NCBI GenBank assembly: GCA_964448295.1
Contig: CAYUVV010000004.1
Span: 945 to 64,944 of the forward strand
Reading direction: 5' to 3'
Source of the DNA: an uncultured Candidatus Saccharibacteria bacterium
GTDB taxonomy: Bacteria; Patescibacteriota; Minisyncoccia; Phycocordibacterales; JACOZG01
Length of the DNA: 64,000 nt
The position numbers were made by a program, and so were the translations under genes. Below, piece by piece: positions 43,287 to 50,204 of the stretch; the first letter of the stretch is position 1; the number at the start of each line of letters is the position of its first letter. The notes under the pieces are model-generated. The model was not told the DNA's origin, did not search any database, and saw only the letters and a list, made by a program, of their open reading frames with translations.

Positions 43287-43421
43287 TATAATAAGCATCA
43301 GAACTTAGATAGCGCGCGCGGCTACGGTTTCGTGCCATCAGTTCTCGTGTAAGGATTAACGAGTGGTCCACCGGGTATGCCTTGTGGACGGGTGTTGCCT
43401 TGCGCGAAAAAATCAAATAAG

Positions 43422-43631
43422 CCGGTAGGTGTTTTGGAAGGAGAATGGTCGACGGACGAGCTCCTGCGGGAGATGATGGAGAAAGGCTGCCGCTCAAATG
43501 AGAAGGTCATTTTTGATCCCGATCCGGCCAAGCTGGTTGGGCGAGTGCTCGCTCTGGTAGAAAAAGAAAAAGCCCAGGAACACCGCTTTTACTGCAATCC
43601 CCCCGACCCCAAATTTAAGCGGGTGCTTTAA
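43422..43631 (+). pseudogene. Direct repeat B: a duplicated 3' fragment (last 69 codons plus stop) of the LOG-like gene, not an independent gene
   Basis: It is 100% identical to 42195-42403. The ORF at 43377-43631 in the track merely extends this fragment upstream into cassette sequence. Confidence 0.85.
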
Positions 43632-43634
43632 GAT

Positions 43635-43979
43635 TTACTTCACCGCCGTGATGATTTGGTCGAAGATGGCCGGGTGGTGTTCGGCGAGCGTGGCGAGGAT
43701 TTTGCGGTCAAGTTCGATGTTTTGCTTTTTCAGCGCGCCCATAAAACGGTTGTAAGATAATCCGTGTGGCCGGACGGCGGCGTTGATTTTGATTTGCCAG
43801 AGTCGGCGGAAATCATTTTTTTTATCACGCCGGTGGGCAAAAGCGTGAACGCCGGCGTGGAGCACGGCCTCGCGCGCCGCGCGCTCTTTTTTGCTCCGGG
43901 CGAAGCGATAACCCTTCGCCAATCTTAACGTCGTGCGGCGTTTTTTTAGACTATGAACCCCCTTTTTAACTCGTGGCAT
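43635..43979 (-). CDS. rplT: 50S ribosomal protein L20
   Basis: The 114-aa product carries the L20 signature RVKKGVHSLKKRRTTLRLAKGYRFARSKKER. Confidence 0.9.
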   Translation of the reverse strand: MPRVKKGVHSLKKRRTTLRLAKGYRFARSKKERAAREAVLHAGVHAFAHRRDKKNDFRRLWQIKINAAVRPHGLSYNRFMGALKKQNIELDRKILATLAEHHPAIFDQIITAVK

Positions 43980-43988
43980 ATTTTTGTT

Positions 43989-44165
43989 TTATATAAAACG
44001 ATTTAAGGTTTTGCGCACCGCCACAAACTCGTTTGGCCGTTTGTGGTCGAGCTGGTGCCGGCGACTTTTCCGCGCCTTAAAGTGGTTTTTCCCCGGTTGG
44101 CGCGCCAACACTTTGCCCGTCTTGGTGACGCGGAGTCGGCGGCTGAACATTTTTTTGATTCGCAT
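43989..44165 (-). CDS. rpmI: 50S ribosomal protein L35
   Basis: I translated the minus strand manually to MRIKKMFSRRLRVTKTGKVLARQPGKNHFKARKSRRHQLDHKRP..., which matches the L35 pattern. It is absent from the ORF track because it is shorter than 60 aa. Confidence 0.7.
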   Translation of the reverse strand: MRIKKMFSRRLRVTKTGKVLARQPGKNHFKARKSRRHQLDHKRPNEFVAVRKTLNRFI

Positions 44166-44691
44166 AATCTTTGGGTTTTCCTGATTGGCGTTCGATGATA
44201 ATCGTCAAACCTTTGTGGCTTTTCGCCGCCGGGGCAGCGATTTTGAAATCGGCGCTCACAAACTTGAGCAAGCGATCTAGGCGTTCGCGCAAGAATTTTT
44301 CGTCAAAATACTTGGCCCGGCCGCGCAAAAATAAGTCAATTTTGACGCGGTGTCCGGCGCGCAGAAACTCGCTCACTTTATCGGCCTTGATCAGAAGATC
44401 GTGATCGCCGGTGCCGATTTTGACCTGGATGCTTTTGGTTTCTGTGGGTTGGGCGCGCACTCGGGCCTGACGCGATTTTTTCTGTGTTTGGTATTGGTAT
44501 TGGCCGTAGTCCATAATCTTGCCCACCGGCGGATTGGCGTTGGGGGAAATGAGGATGAGATCAAGACCGGCTGCTTTGGCTTCGGCCAGAGCAGCCGCCA
44601 AACTGATTACCCCCAGATTTTCACCGCGCGCGCCGACGACCCGCAACTCTGGCGCCCTAATCTGCTCGTTAATGCTGATTTTCTCTTTCAA
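44077..44691 (-). CDS. infC: Translation initiation factor IF-3, with a low-complexity C-terminal extension of about 30 aa
   Basis: The IF3 N and C domains are present (LRVVGARGENLGVISL...; KIDLFLRGRAKYFDEK...SADFKIAAPAAKSHKGLTIIIER). The reading frame continues 88 nt into rpmI. Confidence 0.85.
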   Translation of the reverse strand: MKEKISINEQIRAPELRVVGARGENLGVISLAAALAEAKAAGLDLILISPNANPPVGKIMDYGQYQYQTQKKSRQARVRAQPTETKSIQVKIGTGDHDLLIKADKVSEFLRAGHRVKIDLFLRGRAKYFDEKFLRERLDRLLKFVSADFKIAAPAAKSHKGLTIIIERQSGKPKDYANQKNVQPPTPRHQDGQSVGAPTGEKPL

Positions 44692-44736
44692 ATGGGTTCT
44701 AAACGATTATGAACTTGGTACGATAATAAACGAGTT

Positions 44737-45324
44737 CTAGTTTTTAGTCAACTGTTTAACTTTGGCCACGGCCTGGGGTAGGCGAGCGAAGCTTTTTTCG
44801 AGGGCATTCAGGGTGCTGGTGGAACGGAGAGCGGCGGCGGGATGGAAAAGGGGATAAATGAAATAATCGCCGGCACGGAAGAGCTTGCCTTCGTCGCGGG
44901 TGATTTTGCCCTCGGGCAGGAAGTAATTGAGAGAGAATCGCCCAAGGGTGGCCACGAGTGTTGGCTTAATAATCGCGATCTGGCGGGCGAGATAGGGGCG
45001 ATAGGCCTCAATTTCTTCGGGGCTTGGGTCGCGATTGTCGGGCGGACGGCGTTTAACGATGTTTGTAATATACACATCTTCGCGGCGCCAACCGCGCTCG
45101 GCGATAAGACGGTTCAAAAGTTGTCCGGCCCGACCCACAAAGGGTCGGCGTTGTTCGTTTTCATGATAGCCGGGCGCTTCGCCGATAAACAAAATTTCGG
45201 CGTCAGGATTCCCTTCGCCGAAGACGAGATTAGATTTTGGTAAAGGGAGTAGGGCATCGGCGAGCATCTCTTGTTCTAGCCGCTTTAGTTTATCAATCTT
45301 GGATTCCGCCGTTGTCGCATTCAT
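44737..45324 (-). CDS. Uracil-DNA glycosylase, family 4
   Basis: The motif block ILFIGEAPGYHENEQRRPFVGRAGQLLNRLI and the C-terminal HPAA-type motif (LFHPAAAL) are present. Confidence 0.8.
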   Translation of the reverse strand: MNATTAESKIDKLKRLEQEMLADALLPLPKSNLVFGEGNPDAEILFIGEAPGYHENEQRRPFVGRAGQLLNRLIAERGWRREDVYITNIVKRRPPDNRDPSPEEIEAYRPYLARQIAIIKPTLVATLGRFSLNYFLPEGKITRDEGKLFRAGDYFIYPLFHPAAALRSTSTLNALEKSFARLPQAVAKVKQLTKN

Positions 45325-45435
45325 CCTAAAATTATAACGCTGGCCGGAGGGAAAAGAAGCCTTTTTAGAAATCCTCTCCTGGGATAATCCCTAGGTCGGT
45401 TTTGTCAATTCTCGAATATCAGTTTTTGTAGATAA

Positions 45436-45483
45436 GTTTTTTCAAAAACGCCCCCGCTTCGCGATTGACCGCGCGGGGGCGTT
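45436..45483 (-). terminator. Rho-independent terminator for the 45490-45831 gene
   Basis: An 11-bp perfect stem pairs AACGCCCCCGC with GCGGGGGCGTT, followed on the minus strand by UUUUUGAAAAAA. Confidence 0.6.
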
Positions 45484-45489
45484 CGGCCC

Positions 45490-45831
45490 TCAATTTCTGG
45501 CCGTCAACTTATCTCTTACCCAGTCGTCTAGTTTTGGTCCGTAACAGGTCTCGATGGCCGCGGGTAAGCCAATCTCATTGGCGAGATCGGTGATATCCAC
45601 TACTGGTATCCCTTTCGCTTGGCGAATCACCACGTCTGCCATGCACCAATCGGTGATAACTAAATTGTCGTCCGATATCCCACAATGGAGTGTCAACCCC
45701 AAGCCAATACTGGGTTCGGAGAAGGTTTTAATAAAATCCGGTTTGAAAACCTTGCTCCAGATCGGATCGCCGAAAACAAGTCCAACACAAAAACAATTGA
45801 TTTGCGGGGGCATTGTTCCTAACTCGATCAT
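45490..45831 (-). CDS. Hypothetical small protein; the start is taken at the internal Met (MIELGT...), as the upstream part of the ORF is AT-rich
   Basis: It is an ORF of about 113 aa. I recognise no family for it. Confidence 0.35.
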   Translation of the reverse strand: MIELGTMPPQINCFCVGLVFGDPIWSKVFKPDFIKTFSEPSIGLGLTLHCGISDDNLVITDWCMADVVIRQAKGIPVVDITDLANEIGLPAAIETCYGPKLDDWVRDKLTARN

Positions 45832-45995
45832 CGTTTCTCTCCTTTTTGGGGTCCTTGAAATCTGCCTAGCATAGTAAACCTTTTGTTTAATTTTGTCAAA
45901 CTTTTTTGGTTTTAGATGATTGGGGATAAATATCGTTTTTTTGTGCCCAATATACTGTAAAATTTGGCTTGAGTTTATCAATTTATTAAGTATTT

Positions 45996-47120
45996 ATGAA
46001 ATTAAATAAAATTTTTGCGGTTTTTTTATCCGTCGCTTTGGTTCTCATCGGCGCGACGACGACCTATGGCCAAATTACGGGGTATGAGGTGGTTACCAAA
46101 AATTTCTCCGGCCCGGGTGGTTCGTCGGCGCAAGCCTCTTGCCCGGCTGGTAAAGTGGTGGTTGGCGGGGGTTGCGAACTGTATGCGACCACTGGTGGCG
46201 CGACCCTGAAGGATTCTTATCCATTTACCTCACCGACCTCGGTTGGCAATGGTTGGGCCTGCCGCTGGAGCAATCCGTCTAACGCCGCCGGCCGAACGGC
46301 CTACGCCATCTGCGCGGATGGAAGTAACATAGGCTCTGTTGGCCCATGTTTTGTGCCTTTGTGCCCCAACGGCAATACCATAGCGACGAATTGTTCTAAT
46401 TCTCCAAATAGTGACGATGGTATGCTGTGCGGCGGAAATCCCCCAACCTTGTGTCCCAACAGTCATACGGTTGCTACTAACTGTACTTTACCGCCAGGCA
46501 GTGATGATGACAGCGACGGTGCCGCCATTCCCACCATCATTTCTTCCAACCCGCCGAATGGGGCAATTATCGCCCAGAATACATCCGACGTCGTTAACGA
46601 GTTCGGTGTAACTTTTTCTCGCCCTCTTGATTCTTTGTCTGCCAAACAATTTACTGTCTCCAGCTCTGGTGCTAATAATTCAGTCTCCCTTGTGAGATGG
46701 GCTGTTGGCTCCAACTATGCGCTGTCTCTGTCGAACCCCTTGTCTCCGGGTGAAAGGATCACGATCAGTTTCGCGCCGTCTGGTCCGTTTGCCTGCCTCG
46801 GTTATCTCCCCGGCGATGTCAATCAATCCGGGACGACGAATGTGCAAGATCTGACGGCACTGAACAATTGTATTAACAGTCAAAACTGCCAGTTGTGGCA
46901 GGCCGATATTAACCGCGACGGGGCCGTTAACTCAAATGATATAACCACTCTGCTCGGATTGATGAACGGCAGTATTGGCGGCACCAAATGGCTGAACAAA
47001 ACCTTGCCTGCTTGCCCGGCTGGTTCGGTGGGTGTGGTTCCCATGCAAACGCAGACGGCCTCCGTCTTTCCGGCGCTCAACGGTTTTCTTAACGGTCTCC
47101 GCGGCGCATTGGGTCGGTAA
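45996..47120 (+). CDS. Secreted Cys-rich protein with two C-terminal dockerin-like (EF-hand-type) repeats
   Basis: It has a signal peptide and repeated CPNGNTIATNCSN / CPNSHTVATNCTL modules. The dockerin-type repeats read GDVNQSGTTNVQDLTALNNCI and ADINRDGAVNSNDITTLLGLM. Confidence 0.6.
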   Translation: MKLNKIFAVFLSVALVLIGATTTYGQITGYEVVTKNFSGPGGSSAQASCPAGKVVVGGGCELYATTGGATLKDSYPFTSPTSVGNGWACRWSNPSNAAGRTAYAICADGSNIGSVGPCFVPLCPNGNTIATNCSNSPNSDDGMLCGGNPPTLCPNSHTVATNCTLPPGSDDDSDGAAIPTIISSNPPNGAIIAQNTSDVVNEFGVTFSRPLDSLSAKQFTVSSSGANNSVSLVRWAVGSNYALSLSNPLSPGERITISFAPSGPFACLGYLPGDVNQSGTTNVQDLTALNNCINSQNCQLWQADINRDGAVNSNDITTLLGLMNGSIGGTKWLNKTLPACPAGSVGVVPMQTQTASVFPALNGFLNGLRGALGR

Positions 47121-47139
47121 TTTTTCAGCAGTCTCACCA

Positions 47140-47175
47140 CCAACAAACACCCGCCTAAAAGCGGGTGTTTGTTGG
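47140..47175 (+). terminator. Hairpin terminator (15-bp perfect stem) downstream of the dockerin-repeat gene
   Basis: The stem pairs CCAACAAACACCCGC with GCGGGTGTTTGTTGG around the loop CTAAAA. The downstream U tract is weak. Confidence 0.45.
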
Positions 47176-47336
47176 TTAAATCAAGTGTTTGTTTCGAGGT
47201 GCGTGGCCGGAGCTTGATTAAAGTTTAGTTGGTAAATTTTGTTGATAGCGGCTGATTAACCCTTCTTTCTTTTTCCATCGCCATTTTTTGATTTGGATTT
47301 CCCGTTGGTGGGCTCCAAAAAACCGCAGATGAATTT

Positions 47337-47731
47337 TGGTGGAGATGCCGGGAATCGAACCCGGGTGCAAACGATCGAACCGCGACGGCCTACAGGTTTA
47401 GTCGGTTTGTAATACCCAGTCAGGAATTAAACCGACAAAAACCCAACTGGTGTCAACTTCTATTTTTAAGTAGCCGGCCGAAGTTATAAGCCAACCACCG
47501 TGCTCGCGTAAATATTACACCGCTTGATTCCATGGCGAGCGCCGGAGTCAAGCCGCGCCGACTTAAGCTAAAGCGAAAGTCGGAACAGAGAACGGATACG
47601 GAGACCGCACCGCGCCTGTCTCATTTGCCGATTTGGCATTTGATTTGGTTGCCAAAATTTATTAACGGAGCGTCTGGCCGCTCCGACCTGCCGGTCGCGC
47701 CTCAAGACGTTTGTCGAGGCCGATCATCCCC
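47337..47731 (-). ncRNA. ssrA: tmRNA (transfer-messenger RNA)
   Basis: The minus-strand 5' end GGGGAUGAUCGGCCUCGAC pairs with the 3' tRNA-like end GGGUUCGAUUCCCGGCAUCUCCACCA. The internal tag reading frame ends ...PYPFSVPTFALA-UAA (stop at 47563-47565). It lies immediately downstream of smpB. Confidence 0.85.
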
Positions 47732-47741
47732 TAATTAAAAC

Positions 47742-48191
47742 CTATTTTCCGCGTTTCAAAGTTCTCTCAATTTCACGCTCGGTGTCGCGTCGCTTGATCG
47801 TTTCTCGTTTATCGCTTCGTTTTTTACCGCGGGCGACGGCGAGCGCCAATTTGAACCGCGCTCCCTTATTGTACACCCTAAGAGGGATGATTGTCAACCG
47901 TTCGCGTTCGCTTTTTTGCGCCAGCTCTTCAATTTCTTTTTTGTGGAGGAGCAAGCGTCGCTGGCGGGTGGGGCTATAACTTTCCGGCGTGTTGTTTGGT
48001 TGATAGGGAGGGATCGTGGCGCCGACGAGCCAGGCCTCGCCTCCGCGGATTATGACGTAAGCCCCCTCGAGTGAGCCGTGGCCGGCGCGCAGTGATTTAA
48101 TTTCGTAGCCAAGGAGCTCCAAACCCGCCTGCCACTCTTCCAATGCTTCGTAGTTAAACAGGGCTTTGCGGTTTTCCAAAACCTTAGACAT
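47742..48191 (-). CDS. smpB: SsrA-binding protein
   Basis: The 149-aa product carries SmpB motifs such as NRKALFNYEALEEWQAGLELLGYEIKSLR and LLLHKKEI. Confidence 0.9.
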   Translation of the reverse strand: MSKVLENRKALFNYEALEEWQAGLELLGYEIKSLRAGHGSLEGAYVIIRGGEAWLVGATIPPYQPNNTPESYSPTRQRRLLLHKKEIEELAQKSERERLTIIPLRVYNKGARFKLALAVARGKKRSDKRETIKRRDTEREIERTLKRGK

Positions 48192-48222
48192 CTAGCTATT
48201 TTAACATATTTTGGTATGATTA

Positions 48223-50124
48223 ATGCCGTTTGATATGACCTCGCGCGCGAAACCGGGAGCAGTCTGGGGCAAGTTCGGCGGCCAGTTATTGACGGCCGTT
48301 TTGGTTCTGCTTGTGCTCGCCAACCTCTATTCCTTGTTTGCCGGTGAGAAATCGGAGATTAAAGAAATCGCCGTTTCAGAACTAGCTACGGCGGTGGAGC
48401 GGGGTGAGGTGGAAAGCATCAACGTTAAGGGGTTACGTTTTAACGCCATTCTAACGGACGGGAGCGAGCGGCGCGGCCAAAAAGAGTCGGAGACTCCACT
48501 TTCTGCCACGCTCGTGCAATATGGCGTTACGCCGGAGCGTTTGCGATCCGTTCGGCTCACGGTGGAGGGGGAAAGCGGTTTCCAGTTCTGGCTCTTTAAT
48601 CTTTTGCCGTTTGTTTTGCCGATTATTTTTATTCTGGTCCTCTTTTGGTTTATTTCCCGCCAGGTACGCGGGGCGAGTATACAGGCCTTTTCTTTCGGCC
48701 AATCGCGGGCGCGAGTGATTGATCCGGCTGATACCAATCAACGCGTTACTTTCAAAGACGTAGCCGGCGTGCGCGAGGCCAAGGAGGAGTTGCTCGAGAT
48801 TGTTGATTTTCTCCGGAATCCCAAAAAATTTTTAGACATCGGGGCGCGGATTCCCAAGGGGGTGCTTATGATGGGCGCGCCGGGTACCGGCAAAACACTT
48901 TTGGCGCGGGCGGTGGCGGGGGAGGCGCGCGTGCCTTTTTTCTATCTTTCCGGCTCGGAGTTCGTCGAGATGTTTGTGGGGGTTGGCGCTTCACGCGTGC
49001 GTGATCTTTTCAAAATGGCCAAGAAGGCGGCGCCAGCGATTGTGTTTATCGATGAGATTGACGCCATTGGTCGGCATCGCGGTTCTGGGATGGGTGGCGG
49101 CAACGACGAGCGCGAGCAGACCTTGAACCAAATTTTGGTCGAGCTCGATGGCTTTGAGCCGACGGAAAAATTGATTGTGATAGCCGCCACCAATCGACCC
49201 GACGTGCTCGATCCGGCTTTGCTGCGCCCCGGTCGCTTCGATCGTCGGGTGGTGCTTGATAAGCCCGATCTCCGCGATCGGGAAGACATCCTCAAGATTT
49301 ACGCCGCCAAAAAGCCGTTGGCCGAGGACGTTAATCTTCGTGCTCTCGCCGAACGGACGCCAGGATTTTCCGGCGCGGATCTGGCCAATGTGATGAACGA
49401 GGCGGCTATTTTGGCCGCCCGCGAGAATCGTAAACGTGTGGCGCAATTTGACCTCATCCGTTCAGTGGAGAAGGTGATGCTTGGGCCGGAGCGCCGGAGT
49501 CATATTCTCTCCGAACGAGAAAAGAAGATTACGGCTTACCACGAGATCGGCCACGCGCTCGTCGCCTCGGTTTTGCCTCATGCCGACCCGGTGCGCAAGG
49601 TTTCCATCATCTCGCGCGGTCATGCCGCTGGCTACACCCTTAAATTGCCGTTTGAGGATAGAAAGTTGCAATCGCGCAAAGAATTTTTGGACGATCTCGC
49701 CGTATCGCTCGGCGGCTATGCCACCGAGCTTTTGGTTTTTGACGATTTAACGACGGGGGCTTCTAACGATCTGGCGGTGGCAACCAATTTGGCGCGGGAT
49801 ATGGTGGCGCGTTATGGAATGAGCGAGAAATTGGGCCCCGTTTCCTACGAGCCGGAGCCTGGCCGTCTCGCTTTGAGCGGCGGTGTTTTGCCCGAGCGCT
49901 ACAGCTCGGAAGCCAGCGCCGCCTTGGTGGATGCCGAAGTGGCGCGGTTGATGGCCGAGGGCTTGGCCCGTGCGCAAAAAGTATTAAACGAACGCCGAAT
50001 GGCGCTCGAGCATCTAGCGGAAGAACTAATCCGGGTGGAGACGATCGAGCAGGAAGAATTTGAAAAACTACTCACCTTGCACGGCGTAAAAATCAAAACC
50101 CGCGAACCAAAACCGGATGCGTAG
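48223..50124 (+). CDS. ftsH: ATP-dependent zinc metalloprotease FtsH
   Basis: Two N-terminal TM segments are followed by an AAA domain ([17 protein letters not shown]; SRH region), the zinc-binding motif HEIGHAL and an M41 peptidase C-domain. Confidence 0.9.
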   Translation: MPFDMTSRAKPGAVWGKFGGQLLTAVLVLLVLANLYSLFAGEKSEIKEIAVSELATAVERGEVESINVKGLRFNAILTDGSERRGQKESETPLSATLVQYGVTPERLRSVRLTVEGESGFQFWLFNLLPFVLPIIFILVLFWFISRQVRGASIQAFSFGQSRARVIDPADTNQRVTFKDVAGVREAKEELLEIVDFLRNPKKFLDIGARIPKGVLMMGAPGTGKTLLARAVAGEARVPFFYLSGSEFVEMFVGVGASRVRDLFKMAKKAAPAIVFIDEIDAIGRHRGSGMGGGNDEREQTLNQILVELDGFEPTEKLIVIAATNRPDVLDPALLRPGRFDRRVVLDKPDLRDREDILKIYAAKKPLAEDVNLRALAERTPGFSGADLANVMNEAAILAARENRKRVAQFDLIRSVEKVMLGPERRSHILSEREKKITAYHEIGHALVASVLPHADPVRKVSIISRGHAAGYTLKLPFEDRKLQSRKEFLDDLAVSLGGYATELLVFDDLTTGASNDLAVATNLARDMVARYGMSEKLGPVSYEPEPGRLALSGGVLPERYSSEASAALVDAEVARLMAEGLARAQKVLNERRMALEHLAEELIRVETIEQEEFEKLLTLHGVKIKTREPKPDA

Positions 50125-50186
50125 CTCAATGGTAGAGCTCCCGTCTTATACACGGGTGGTTCCAGGTTCGAGTCCTGGCGCATCCA
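50115..50186 (+). tRNA. tRNA with anticodon TAT (decodes AUA, Ile); no encoded CCA
   Basis: I folded it manually. The acceptor pairs GGATGCG with CGCATCC. The D arm is GCTC/AATGGTA/GAGC. The anticodon stem CCCGT/ACGGG encloses the loop CTTATAC. The T arm is CCAGG-TTCGAGT-CCTGG and the discriminator is A. It overlaps the last 10 nt of ftsH. Confidence 0.7.
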
Positions 50187-50204
50187 TTTTATGTCATACT
50201 GTCA

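Larger units (their letters stand above)
42404..43421 (+). mobile_element. Inserted single-gene cassette (promoter, RBS, 244-aa ORF, terminator and a 135-nt tail) enclosed by the 209-bp direct repeats; no recombinase
   Basis: Its codon usage is GC-rich and NNC-biased, unlike neighbouring genes. It carries its own TTGCTT-N17-TATACT promoter and hairpin-T7 terminator. Identical flanking repeats reconstitute the interrupted gene end. Confidence 0.5.

Noticed and set aside
43377-43631. 84-aa ORF identical at its C-terminus to the LOG-like protein
   Set aside because: It is not an independent gene. It is the duplicated 3' fragment (repeat B) of the LOG-like gene, extended upstream into cassette sequence by chance.
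41790-44700. A recombinase, integrase or transposase that would explain the 209-bp-repeat-flanked cassette
   Set aside because: All ORFs in and around the insertion were examined. None has tyrosine or serine recombinase, DDE or HUH motifs, so the element is non-autonomous within this window.
47532-47738. 68-aa plus-strand ORF
   Set aside because: It lies inside the minus-strand tmRNA gene, and the region is explained by ssrA.
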